DNA of 64,000 nucleotides, taken from positions 513-64,512 of the forward strand of contig JAHFNJ010000004.1 in the NCBI GenBank assembly GCA_023267375.1, written 5' to 3'. Below the pieces are notes generated by a model. It was not told where the DNA came from and made no database searches. It worked only from the letters and a program-made list of their open reading frames with translations. Of the stretch, positions 50,128-59,611 are shown piece after piece (position 1 is the first letter of the stretch; the number at the start of each line of letters is the position of its first letter). The position numbers and the translations under genes were made by a program. Source of the DNA: Candidatus Nomurabacteria bacterium. Lineage in GTDB: Bacteria > Patescibacteriota > Minisyncoccia > Phycocordibacterales > UBA9973.

Positions 50128-51057
50128 TTAATCTACCTCTAAAGCAAAAACGTCATCAGTGAATTTGTTCATTATAGAATAAATCTTTCTACTATCATCA
50201 GTATTTAGTATGAGGTGAAAGCTATTAATACTACTTGTAATGTGATTCTTATCTCTTTGAATACGTTCCAGCGCTATGTCTTTTATTCTTTTACCAAATA
50301 ATTCTTTCATTTTAGGGTTAGCAAGGACGATTTTTATATTTTCAAGGTCAGTATGTAATCTTTTCTGATATAAAGGTATATTTATTTTTTCTTTGTCTTC
50401 AATATCAATTTCTGGATGAATGTGCATACCATCAAGAAGTCCTGCATAGTGCATCCAGTGGTATTCTCTCTTGTACCCACCTTTCGCTGCTTCTATAGAT
50501 TCACTCAAGGTTTCCCCGGCCTTCCAAATACTACCTTTTTCTTTTTCAGGATCAAGGCGTTTTGATTCTGCTATTATTTCTGGAGCAGCACGATGCAACT
50601 CTATAATGCCATCGATAATAGTTTTATTATCATCTTCATAATCTTCATACGTGCTTCCATTCACATCTGCCAAACTTTTAATAACCCCCTCTAGCATATC
50701 AGAACCTCCTTTTGTTCGTTTAATATCTTCTGGATCAAGTGATCGCAAAAACTTGAGGAATAATGTACTCTCATCAATCACGTATGCCAGCTGCCGTTCG
50801 CGCGGCTCTTCATCAAAGTAACTCCCAGCATCAAGTACTACCTTAAGTCCTATTTCTGAAAGAAACTCGCCTTTAGTTTCAAGTATGTCTTCAAGTTTTG
50901 CCTCAAACATTTCAATCCCAACTTCTTCTTGAGCGAGTTTTTCAAAGGCAGTCTGAAGGGCGCTATCGAGCTGCAGCAGTTCGTGAATATGAACCATTGC
51001 AATTCTTTTTGTTTCCTGTCGTGCAATAAGGTTTGGGTTAAGTTCTTGTTGGCTCAT
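50128..51057 (-). CDS. Hypothetical acidic helical protein
   Basis: 309-aa ORF co-oriented within the cluster. Confidence 0.7.
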   Translation of the reverse strand: MSQQELNPNLIARQETKRIAMVHIHELLQLDSALQTAFEKLAQEEVGIEMFEAKLEDILETKGEFLSEIGLKVVLDAGSYFDEEPRERQLAYVIDESTLFLKFLRSLDPEDIKRTKGGSDMLEGVIKSLADVNGSTYEDYEDDNKTIIDGIIELHRAAPEIIAESKRLDPEKEKGSIWKAGETLSESIEAAKGGYKREYHWMHYAGLLDGMHIHPEIDIEDKEKINIPLYQKRLHTDLENIKIVLANPKMKELFGKRIKDIALERIQRDKNHITSSINSFHLILNTDDSRKIYSIMNKFTDDVFALEVD

Positions 51058-51069
51058 TATTTTTAAGAA

Positions 51070-51225
51070 TTATCTGCTATGTGAAAGCAACATCGGCAAA
51101 CGAACAAACCGAATAGAAACTTTGCACGTTGTCGTCTTGCAATCAGGATTATACGCAACAGCCGGAATAATCGGCACAAAAACGCTAATGGCAAGGAGGA
51201 TTAAAATGGCGATGGCGACTTTCAT
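51070..51225 (-). CDS. Small single-TM protein, 51 aa (MKVAIAILILLAISVFVPIIPAVAYNPDCKTTTCKVSIRFVRLPMLLSHSR)
   Basis: Translated by hand. Fills the gap between co-oriented genes and shares FxPIIP..C..C with 45876-46187. Confidence 0.6.
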   Translation of the reverse strand: MKVAIAILILLAISVFVPIIPAVAYNPDCKTTTCKVSIRFVRLPMLLSHSR

Positions 51226-51243
51226 ACTATATTTTGTAATAAA

Positions 51244-51648
51244 TTATAATAAGACAACCTCTTGTGTTCCTCCACCAGGAAGTGTTTTACGTTCATCATA
51301 TGGGACTCCTTCTTGGTCTTTTTCTGAAAACCAAACTGTTCGACGAAGACCAATCACATTAGACGTAGCATCAATTCGATTCTTTTGATATCGCAATCGT
51401 AGCGTATCTTTTAACATATTTTTCAAATCATTCTCAAACTGAATTTTACTACAGCCTATTTCGATATGGACTGGTGATTCTGGGTCAGAATCAAGTGTGA
51501 CAAAAATTTCCCCGTGCACAAGCGCCGCTCTCTCATCAGCCATCTGCTGCTTCAGATTTTCCATCAATGAACTAATAGCATGGTCAGTAAGGATGGTAAT
51601 AGTAGATTCTTGTTTATTATTTATATTCTCCAATGTCGCTTCAGGCAT
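51244..51648 (-). CDS. Hypothetical protein
   Basis: 134-aa ORF starting 1 nt after the gap stop. Confidence 0.6.
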   Translation of the reverse strand: MPEATLENINNKQESTITILTDHAISSLMENLKQQMADERAALVHGEIFVTLDSDPESPVHIEIGCSKIQFENDLKNMLKDTLRLRYQKNRIDATSNVIGLRRTVWFSEKDQEGVPYDERKTLPGGGTQEVVLL

Positions 51649-51649
51649 T

Positions 51650-52675
51650 TTATTTTATAGTACCCCCTGTCTTAATCACGTGATCGACTAATGTATACGT
51701 GTACCCCATTTCGTTATCATACCATGCCATCACTTTGACGAGATTGCCGCCAACCACACGAGTCATTGCCAAATCGGCGATAGAAGCATGTGAATTGCCG
51801 AGAATATCAGACGAGACGAGCGGTTCTTCAGTTACCGTAAAAATTTTCTGCCAACGAGCATCGCTTGCCGCTTTTTTCAAAAGAGCATTTACTTCTTCGG
51901 TGGTTGTCGTTTTCTTGGAAATAAAAGTCACATCAACAATGGATCCAGCCGGCACAGGAACACGGATAGAAATACCATCAAAAAGTCCGGTGAGTTCTGG
52001 GAACGCTTTGGTCACGGCAATCGCCGCACCAGTTGAAGACGGTACAATATTTTGCGCAGCCGCACGTCCTTCACGCAAATCTTTCTTCGATGGACCATCC
52101 ACGAGTGCCTGTGACGCTGTGTATCCATGTACAGTGTTTAAAATTGCTTTTTCAATGCCGAGCGCCTCATGCATGATTGCAATTAACGGCGAAGCAGCAT
52201 TTGTTGTGCATGAAGCATTTGAGGTAATGTCACAGGTACCAAATTTTTCTTCATCGACACCCAAAAGAATGGTAGCGCCTTGCACAGTTCCATCGCCTTC
52301 TTTGGCTGGTGCAGAAATAACTACTTTCTTTGCACCCTGATCCAAGTGGAACTTTGCTTTATCAAACGAAGTGAAAAGGCCGGTTGATTCTACTACCACA
52401 TCAATTCCAAGCTCTTTCCATGGGAGTTTTGTCGTATCTTTTTCAGAAACAAATTTTACCTGTTTGCCGTCGATCCAAATATCCTTCCCATCCTGCTTAA
52501 TATCGTGATTCCAGGTCTTATAGACTGTGTCGTACTTTAGAAGATACGCCAATGATTCAATAGAACCTAAGTCATTTACTGCGACTACTTCAATTTCTGG
52601 TCGCTCCCATGCAATCTTCAAGAATGCCCGACCAATGCGCCCAAAACCGTTTACTGCTACTTTTATTTTTGTCAT
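51650..52675 (-). CDS. gap: Type I glyceraldehyde-3-phosphate dehydrogenase
   Basis: NGFGRIGR, NASCTTN, WYDNE. Confidence 0.96.
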   Translation of the reverse strand: MTKIKVAVNGFGRIGRAFLKIAWERPEIEVVAVNDLGSIESLAYLLKYDTVYKTWNHDIKQDGKDIWIDGKQVKFVSEKDTTKLPWKELGIDVVVESTGLFTSFDKAKFHLDQGAKKVVISAPAKEGDGTVQGATILLGVDEEKFGTCDITSNASCTTNAASPLIAIMHEALGIEKAILNTVHGYTASQALVDGPSKKDLREGRAAAQNIVPSSTGAAIAVTKAFPELTGLFDGISIRVPVPAGSIVDVTFISKKTTTTEEVNALLKKAASDARWQKIFTVTEEPLVSSDILGNSHASIADLAMTRVVGGNLVKVMAWYDNEMGYTYTLVDHVIKTGGTIK

Positions 52676-52679
52676 TTTT

Positions 52680-54116
52680 CTATTTTAACAAATCTACTAA
52701 TAATTGCTTCGCCACCTGGGGATTTGCGCTCCCTTTCGACTCTTTCATTACCTGACCGATCAAAAACTGTAGCGATGACTCTTTGCCTCCCTTATACTCG
52801 GCAGCCACATTCGGATGCTTTAAAATAATCCCCTCAGCGAGCGTTCGGAGCGAACCTTCATCAGACACTTGCAACAAATTGCGCTCAGTCGCAATAGTCA
52901 TAGGTGACGCATCTTCAGTGTACATAATTTCAAGGATATCTTTCGCGCCACGTGAAGTGATCTTATTCTCTGTCACCATATCGATAAGCTCTGCAAAATA
53001 TTCAGAATGAGGAAATACAAAATTCGCATCAGTTTTCATGTGTCCTGCCATATCAGATGTAATATAGTTTGAAGCTACTTTGATTTTTTCTTTATTACCA
53101 CCCAAGTTTGCAATTACTTCTTCAAAAAATTGTGAGAGTTTTGGGTTACCGATAAATATTTCAATATCAGCGTCTTTTACACCTGCTTCAAGCTTATAGC
53201 GTTCTCGTTTTTCCTTTGGTGTTTCCGGGAGATTGTCTTTCAGTTCTGCAAGATTAAAAAGTTCCTTGAGTTTCAACTTCGGTAGATCGGGATCGGGGAA
53301 ATAACGATAGTCATGGCTATCTTCTTTTCTTCGTTGTGAAAAAGTCTTATTTTTTGTTTCATCCCACCCACGTGTTTCTTTGACAATTTCATCAGCCTTC
53401 CCTTCTTCCATGAGCTTTATCATTCGCTCAACTTCATATTTGATTGCTCGTTCCGCGGCACGCACCGAGTTGATGTTCTTGACCTCTACATAGGTATTCA
53501 ACTTTTTAGGGTCAGTCGAGACAGAAACGTTCACCTCAACACGCATTTCCCCTTTTTCCATATTCGCATCAGATGCGCCCAAATACCAAAGCAAGAGCTG
53601 GTATTCACGCGCAAAGTTTCCTGCTGCCTTCGCTGCTTCTTCCGGATTTTCAAATGTATGAGGTTCTGTTACAAGCTCCATGAGCGGCACACCAGCACGA
53701 TTGAAATCGACAAGCGAATAATCTCCTTTGTCATGCTTTGAGGTACCAGTATCTTCTTCAAGATGAATACGAGTGATTTTAAATTGAGCTAATTCACCTC
53801 CAGAGACAATTGGATATTTGTACTGTGAAATCTGGTAGCCTTTTGGGATATCTGGATAAAAATAGTTTTTACGGTCAAACTCAGTAAAGTCTTCTGCAAT
53901 AGTGCCATCGATGGCAAGCCCCACACGAATAACCTGTTCTACTGCTTTTTTGTTGATGACCGGCAACGCGCCAGGCTGCGCGGTACAGACAGGACAAATG
54001 TTTACATTGGGACGTTCTTCATCAGGATCGTTCTTGCAAGAGCAGAACATCTTGGTCGCTGTCTTCAGTTCCGCGTGTATTTCCAAGCCGATTGTCGTGT
54101 AATAGTTCTTTTCCAC
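52680..54116 (-). CDS. gatB: Asp/Glu-tRNA amidotransferase subunit B
   Basis: IGLEIHAEL, RKNYFYPD.PKGYQISQ, DYRYFPDPDL; GTG start at 54116. Confidence 0.96.
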   Translation of the reverse strand: MEKNYYTTIGLEIHAELKTATKMFCSCKNDPDEERPNVNICPVCTAQPGALPVINKKAVEQVIRVGLAIDGTIAEDFTEFDRKNYFYPDIPKGYQISQYKYPIVSGGELAQFKITRIHLEEDTGTSKHDKGDYSLVDFNRAGVPLMELVTEPHTFENPEEAAKAAGNFAREYQLLLWYLGASDANMEKGEMRVEVNVSVSTDPKKLNTYVEVKNINSVRAAERAIKYEVERMIKLMEEGKADEIVKETRGWDETKNKTFSQRRKEDSHDYRYFPDPDLPKLKLKELFNLAELKDNLPETPKEKRERYKLEAGVKDADIEIFIGNPKLSQFFEEVIANLGGNKEKIKVASNYITSDMAGHMKTDANFVFPHSEYFAELIDMVTENKITSRGAKDILEIMYTEDASPMTIATERNLLQVSDEGSLRTLAEGIILKHPNVAAEYKGGKESSLQFLIGQVMKESKGSANPQVAKQLLVDLLK

Positions 54117-54252
54117 GAAAGCAGTATAGCAAAATATGGCCATAGATTGAAGTTTTTTCTTCCTATGAAAATAACTTGCTTGTTTAAATAAATGTGGTAG
54201 TATTGGTAGAAATTTTAGTTCACTTAAATATTAATTTAAACCCCTATCTCTT

Positions 54253-54774
54253 ATGAAGAAAGATCAATCAATCCTTCTTGGCCTTTTAGGTCCACGTTTA
54301 ATTCAGAACATTACCAGGCTAATGACTCCTGGAACCAGCGATGAAAGGCATCGCCCAAAACGAACAATCAAAATTTTTTTTGAAAACATTCTTACTGAGG
54401 ATCTTACTGTTGAGCAACTTTTAGCTTCCTTCGATATCCTCAATGTTGAGATTGACAAAACTACAGCGTTTTTAAAGAAAATTGTTGACGACAAAAGGAC
54501 TGAAAACAAAATCATTGAACCTTTTGACCTCACAGAACAAGCCTGTGTGGATATAGAAAAAATCCACAGTAAGGACCAAACAACATGGAAACCGGAATAC
54601 AAGGCAATGTATTTTTACTTCAAGGGAAAATCACTTAAAAAAAGTGACCAACTAACAATTGATAAGATTTTTGATGATCTTGCCGAAATGCAGCTACTTA
54701 TCGATGAGGCCAGAAACATAATCTGGTCTAAAAAAACGGCAACGAAAGCAAAAAAGGAGCCCGTCACTGTTTAA
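54253..54774 (+). CDS. Hypothetical protein
   Basis: 173-aa stand-alone ORF with an AT-rich leader and a terminator. Confidence 0.65.
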   Translation: MKKDQSILLGLLGPRLIQNITRLMTPGTSDERHRPKRTIKIFFENILTEDLTVEQLLASFDILNVEIDKTTAFLKKIVDDKRTENKIIEPFDLTEQACVDIEKIHSKDQTTWKPEYKAMYFYFKGKSLKKSDQLTIDKIFDDLAEMQLLIDEARNIIWSKKTATKAKKEPVTV

Positions 54775-54790
54775 CAGTGACCTATTTAAT

Positions 54791-54826
54791 AAAAAGGGCC
54801 CATCACTACTGATGGGCCCTTTTTTT
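54791..54826. terminator. Bidirectional terminator
   Basis: AAAAAGGGCCCATCA-CTAC-TGATGGGCCCTTTTTT. Confidence 0.85.
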
Positions 54827-55502
54827 ATTTTGGCTTAAACTCTCGTGTAATTTTTCCGTCTTCAAGATAGACCACCCGATCACAATATTTTGCATACTCT
54901 TCTTCGTGCGTCACCATCACAATCGTCTGTCCATCAGCGTGGAGCGTTTCAAACAATTCGATAATAGCTTTTCCGGACACGCTGTCTAGGTTTGCTGTTG
55001 GCTCATCAGCAAAAAGTATTTTTGGATTGTGCGCGATAGCACGAGCAATCGATACGCGTTGTTGCTCTCCACCAGAGAGCTGGCTCGGCAAATTATTCTC
55101 GCGATTTGCAAGACCAACCTTGGCAAGCATGCGAGTGCTTATGTCGCCCGCTTCTTCACGCGATAATCCCTGCATCAACAGAGGAATCATTGTATTTTCT
55201 TTGGCAGTCAATTCTGGAATAAGCGCATAATCTTGAAATACGTAGCCTAGTTCAGAAAGGCGCATCAATGTTCGGTCGTTTTGCGTCAACTGTTCTGTTT
55301 GTTTGCCATTCAAAATAATTTCTCCAGAGGTCGGATGATCGAGCAACCCTATTTGATACATGAGCGTTGACTTGCCGGCACCAGACTTCCCCATAATCCC
55401 CAAAAATTCTCCTTCTTTCACTTCTAAATCGACACCGCGGAGCACCAGTGTCTCGGTGTGTTTTGTTTTATATGTTTTTACCAGATTTTTTATTGAGATC
55501 AT
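54825..55502 (-). CDS. ABC transporter ATP-binding protein (LolD/MacB-like)
   Basis: GKSGAGKS, LSGGEQQRV, ADEPTANLD, VTHE. Confidence 0.95.
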   Translation of the reverse strand: MISIKNLVKTYKTKHTETLVLRGVDLEVKEGEFLGIMGKSGAGKSTLMYQIGLLDHPTSGEIILNGKQTEQLTQNDRTLMRLSELGYVFQDYALIPELTAKENTMIPLLMQGLSREEAGDISTRMLAKVGLANRENNLPSQLSGGEQQRVSIARAIAHNPKILFADEPTANLDSVSGKAIIELFETLHADGQTIVMVTHEEEYAKYCDRVVYLEDGKITREFKPK

Positions 55503-55511
55503 ATATTTATA

Positions 55512-56798
55512 TTAACGTCCCAAAATACTATCAAGAGTATTTTTCTTTACAATCATTCGTGCAGGAACATAACCAGCTGCTAAGGTAACGATCAGTAATA
55601 ACGCGAATTTAAAAAGAGTTCCAGAAAGCGGAGCAACCAAAATACCATCGGAGAAAGGAAAATCAAGTGGATGTGCATTAAATGCCGGAACCAGCAGACC
55701 GTACACAAGAATCATTCCGAAGCCACCACCTAAAAGTGCGTAAAAGATAGACTGGAAAACATATGAGATTTCAATTGCTTTCGAAGAAATACCAATACCT
55801 TTCATGATACCGATATATTTTCGGCGCGTGACCGCATTGATGAATATCACAATAAATATAGTGATTGAGGCAACCACGATACCAATGAGTCCGATCACAT
55901 TTCCTAAAAGTCCGAACGCGAGACGAATTTGATTCAGGAATTCGGGGATAGCTTCAGTTGCTGTTTGAATTTTCCCATCTCCCGCAAAGCCAGCTTTTTC
56001 AAGATTGCTTTTGAGTATATCCGGCGTCGTAAAAGACCCTGGTTTTAAATCCACCGCAATTTCGTTTGCGTTTAACCCTGGACGATCAACAAGTCGCAAA
56101 AAATCTTCCGTTGTCATGAATGCGCGCAACGATACCTCGTTTACTTTCGTATCAACAATACCCTTTACGATAAATGTTTTTGTTCGGCCATTCACGGTTA
56201 CTTTCACTTCATCGCCCGGATACACGCCTTCAAGCGATGCGAACGCGTCACCAAACGTAGAAGAGTAGCGGTGAAGCAAGTTCGCCCCGATCAAAATATA
56301 GCCACTTTCATTCGCATCAAGAAAATCGCCCTCAACAACATATTTCGAAAGGTGTGAAAGCGCTTCTTCATTGCCAAGGTTGATACCCGTTATTTGCGTT
56401 CCTACCGTATCAGGCAAATCAGAAAAATCGCGACGCGTTTTGTAGTTCGCTTCTACTTGTCCTCCTTCAAAGTAGCGGACGCTGACATTCTCTACGTCAC
56501 TCATTGCATGCAACGTATTGCTGATAGCGTAGGTACTCTTTATGTATGGGTCTCCTGCAATAGTAGTAATGATAAGATCTCCTGTGTACTGCTCTTTGTT
56601 GGCAATATTACCTCCTTCAATCAAGCCGATAAGGATTCCAGAAATTACCACGAGGTTTAGAAACGTCAGCATCATAATAAAGATAATGAGTGCTGTTGTG
56701 TATTTGTTTGATCGTAGAATTTGCCGCTTTGCTAAAAACCAAGCGACAGCCATTATGCGAGAATTGTTTGGTGCTTTGTGTGTAACCATAAATGACAA
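55512..56798 (-). CDS. ABC transporter permease (FtsX/MacB-like)
   Basis: 1 TM, large extracellular loop, then 3 TM; RRKYIGIMKGIG. Confidence 0.9.
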   Translation of the reverse strand: MSFMVTHKAPNNSRIMAVAWFLAKRQILRSNKYTTALIIFIMMLTFLNLVVISGILIGLIEGGNIANKEQYTGDLIITTIAGDPYIKSTYAISNTLHAMSDVENVSVRYFEGGQVEANYKTRRDFSDLPDTVGTQITGINLGNEEALSHLSKYVVEGDFLDANESGYILIGANLLHRYSSTFGDAFASLEGVYPGDEVKVTVNGRTKTFIVKGIVDTKVNEVSLRAFMTTEDFLRLVDRPGLNANEIAVDLKPGSFTTPDILKSNLEKAGFAGDGKIQTATEAIPEFLNQIRLAFGLLGNVIGLIGIVVASITIFIVIFINAVTRRKYIGIMKGIGISSKAIEISYVFQSIFYALLGGGFGMILVYGLLVPAFNAHPLDFPFSDGILVAPLSGTLFKFALLLIVTLAAGYVPARMIVKKNTLDSILGR

Positions 56799-56827
56799 AA
56801 CTGTCCCGAAAAAGAGATGCTCGGGTT

Positions 56828-58249
56828 TTATTTCTTAACGGCACCGATAACAATATCTCCGAGAGAAAGACCTGAGGTGATTTCAATCATACTATCAGAA
56901 CCTTTAATGCCGGTAGTTACTGTTACTTTTTTCTCTTTATCATTTTTATCCAAAACAGTAACGAATGATGCATCTCCTTCTTTTGTAATCAAGTACGCAG
57001 GAATCGCAAGCACGCCATCCTTACGAGCGATTTCAAACTTTCCATAAGCGCTCATGCCTGTTTTAATCCGTGGGTCAGGTGCAACCTCGACAAACGCTTC
57101 GTAAATTGGTACTCCGTCCACTTCTGTATCTTTTGAATTTATCGTGCTTATTGTTCCCTCAAAAGTCTCTCCGGGGATAGCATCGAAAGTCACTGCTATT
57201 TTTGCACCAGTTACCAATTTTGAAACATCCAGTTCTGGTACTTGAAGTACTATTTCCAATGCTCCTTCTCCGAGCACTGAGATAATAGTTTCCCCAACCC
57301 CAGCACTCTCACCGACTTCTTTTTGAATATTTGAGACTTTACCATTAAACGGCGCGTAAATAGTACTCTTGCGTATTGCTGCATCGATTTTTTCTATTTC
57401 CGCATAGGCAGCAGAGGTTGCACTGGTTTGCTGTTCTGCAACAATTTTTTTGTATTTAAATTCTGCATCTTGCACGGCTATATCGCGCGCATGTTTTGCT
57501 TCATTCCACGCATTGTAGTTTGCCAAGTATGCAGTTGATTTAGTATTTGGAATAGTGATATACCATTTTGTATTTTGATAGTCAGCAATGGTATCAGGGA
57601 ATGAAACAAACAATCCTCTTGTACCCATTTTTGTTGGCTCATTTTTCTGGATAGTCACGCTTTTTGTTTTTTCCAAATTATATGTTCGTAGGACGAGATC
57701 AGTGTCTGTGGCATCTTCTTTATCTATATAGAGATCGTACTGCCCTTCTCCACCATCATAAATACCTGTAATAACCGGCGGAGCAACAGTATAGGTATCA
57801 GAATCAGGAACAGCAGCTAAACCTTCGCTCAAAAGCGTGCGGTAAGCGCTTTCTACTTTTGTATCCTGTTGTGCTCTTACTCTTTCGAGATCCTTCTTGG
57901 CTCCTTCAAGATCAACAGCTTCCACTTGCACTGCAGCTTGTTTAATCGCGCGTTCAGCCAACAGATCGCCGATCTCAAGCTGAGCGAGCATTTCTCCAGT
58001 ATGTACATCTTGGTTGTTGGTAACAGCTATTTTCTGTACACGACCAGAAGAAGCAAATCCTAGATCTGCGCGATCGCGAGTTTTCGCGCTTCCCGAAAGC
58101 ACAATCTGATCGACAACATCAGCTTGCACCACAGCAACTTTCTCTGAAACATCCTTGCCTTTGCCAAAAATGAAAAAAGCTGCAATAGCAAGTATAAGAA
58201 TACTGCCCCACACTCGTTTTTTTCGTAAGTAGTAAGTGATTTTTTTCAT
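56828..58249 (-). CDS. Membrane-fusion/periplasmic adaptor (MacA/HlyD-like)
   Basis: SGRVQKI, IYAPFNGKV, IKTGMS, IEITSGL..GD. Confidence 0.88.
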   Translation of the reverse strand: MKKITYYLRKKRVWGSILILAIAAFFIFGKGKDVSEKVAVVQADVVDQIVLSGSAKTRDRADLGFASSGRVQKIAVTNNQDVHTGEMLAQLEIGDLLAERAIKQAAVQVEAVDLEGAKKDLERVRAQQDTKVESAYRTLLSEGLAAVPDSDTYTVAPPVITGIYDGGEGQYDLYIDKEDATDTDLVLRTYNLEKTKSVTIQKNEPTKMGTRGLFVSFPDTIADYQNTKWYITIPNTKSTAYLANYNAWNEAKHARDIAVQDAEFKYKKIVAEQQTSATSAAYAEIEKIDAAIRKSTIYAPFNGKVSNIQKEVGESAGVGETIISVLGEGALEIVLQVPELDVSKLVTGAKIAVTFDAIPGETFEGTISTINSKDTEVDGVPIYEAFVEVAPDPRIKTGMSAYGKFEIARKDGVLAIPAYLITKEGDASFVTVLDKNDKEKKVTVTTGIKGSDSMIEITSGLSLGDIVIGAVKK

Positions 58250-58295
58250 AGTATAGAGATTATACTATCACGTATTCGAACCTGAACAAATAGTT

Positions 58296-59279
58296 TTATT
58301 CTACTATTTTTGCTAATTCGTCAGAAAATGCTTTTATAGATTCGTCGTCATAGAGCGAGATTGTAAATACTTTTCTACCAAGCTTTTCAAATTCTTTCTT
58401 TTTCTTTGCAATTGCTTTTTCGTCACCGACAACATCAGTTTTTGTCAGAAGTATTACTTCTTCCTTTTCATCAAGGCCATCGCCATACGTTTTGAGCTCG
58501 TTGCGAATTTCTTTATAGACTTTCATCATTCCACCAGCTTGTGTGAGTTCGTTTTCAAATGAAACAAGGTGAAGCAACATCTTCGTACGCTTGATATGTC
58601 GTAAAAATTTTGTACCAAGTCCTTTACCAGCCGATGCTCCTTCAATAAGTCCAGGAATATCCGCAATAATACGCCCATAGAAGGCGCCAAGGTTCGGATC
58701 AAGCGTCGTAAATGCATAATCACCAATTTTTGCCTCAGCGTTGGTAAGCGCATTCAAAAGTGAACTCTTGCCGGCATTTGGTAACCCAACAAGACCAATA
58801 TCTGCAAAAAGTTCGAGCTCGATTTTAAAATCTGCTTCCTCACCATCTTTACCGGGAGTCCACTCTTTTGGAGCCACATTTGTCGAACCTTTAAAATGCT
58901 CATTCCCAAAACCACCATTACCACCCTTAAGAAGAAGTTCTTCCTGCCCTTCTTTTTCAAGTCGATATACTTGTCCAGTTTCTTGGTTTGTAATGATACT
59001 GCCTAACGGTAAATCAATATAGAGATCATTACCGCTTCTGCCGTGGCGACTGCCGCCTTCCCCCTCATAACCACTCTCTGCTTCAAAATCTTTTTTGTGT
59101 CGGTACTTAGCGAGGACGTGCACATCGCGAATTGCACGCGCAAGCACGTTGCCACCACGACCGCCGTCGCCGCCGTTTGGTCCACCCTTATCGATAAATT
59201 TCTCTCGGCGCCAACGAACAACCCCCGTTCCTCCACGGCCTGCTTTTGCATGTATATTTAGTTCGTCAATGAATGCCAT
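58296..59279 (-). CDS. obgE: GTPase ObgE/CgtA
   Basis: Gly-rich Obg domain, GLPNAGKS, FTT, DIPG, TKTD. Confidence 0.96.
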   Translation of the reverse strand: MAFIDELNIHAKAGRGGTGVVRWRREKFIDKGGPNGGDGGRGGNVLARAIRDVHVLAKYRHKKDFEAESGYEGEGGSRHGRSGNDLYIDLPLGSIITNQETGQVYRLEKEGQEELLLKGGNGGFGNEHFKGSTNVAPKEWTPGKDGEEADFKIELELFADIGLVGLPNAGKSSLLNALTNAEAKIGDYAFTTLDPNLGAFYGRIIADIPGLIEGASAGKGLGTKFLRHIKRTKMLLHLVSFENELTQAGGMMKVYKEIRNELKTYGDGLDEKEEVILLTKTDVVGDEKAIAKKKKEFEKLGRKVFTISLYDDESIKAFSDELAKIVE

Positions 59280-59280
59280 A

Positions 59281-59315
59281 TAATTAGGTTTTAGTTTCTA
59301 GTGATTAGGTGTTAG
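59281..59315. repeat. Five-unit 7-mer array (nnnnTAG) abutting the obgE start
   Basis: TAATTAG GTTTTAG TTTCTAG TGATTAG GTGTTAG. Confidence 0.6.
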
Positions 59316-59322
59316 TAAAAAA

Positions 59323-59607
59323 TTAAGCGGCAGACTGTCGTCGAGGAGCGTGCTGCTCAACCTTAAAGCGATTTCCTTTTCCATCATCTGGTATCGGAAC
59401 CACAGTAAAAATTTCATGTCCTTTACCGTATTTGCTATTCAAATCTGTTGCTTTCCGATCAGCACTCAAGCTATCCATGAAACGAAGTTTACCTTCACTC
59501 GCCAGTTGATTTATATCCTTTTGTTCTTCCTCACTTAGCAAAGAAGGTTCTGGTTTCTCCTTGAGCATTTCTTTAATACTTATTATTTTATTGAATCTGT
59601 GTTCCAT
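59323..59607 (-). CDS. Hypothetical protein
   Basis: ORF starting 4 nt after the MYG1 stop. Confidence 0.55.
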   Translation of the reverse strand: MEHRFNKIISIKEMLKEKPEPSLLSEEEQKDINQLASEGKLRFMDSLSADRKATDLNSKYGKGHEIFTVVPIPDDGKGNRFKVEQHAPRRQSAA

Positions 59608-59611
59608 ATAG

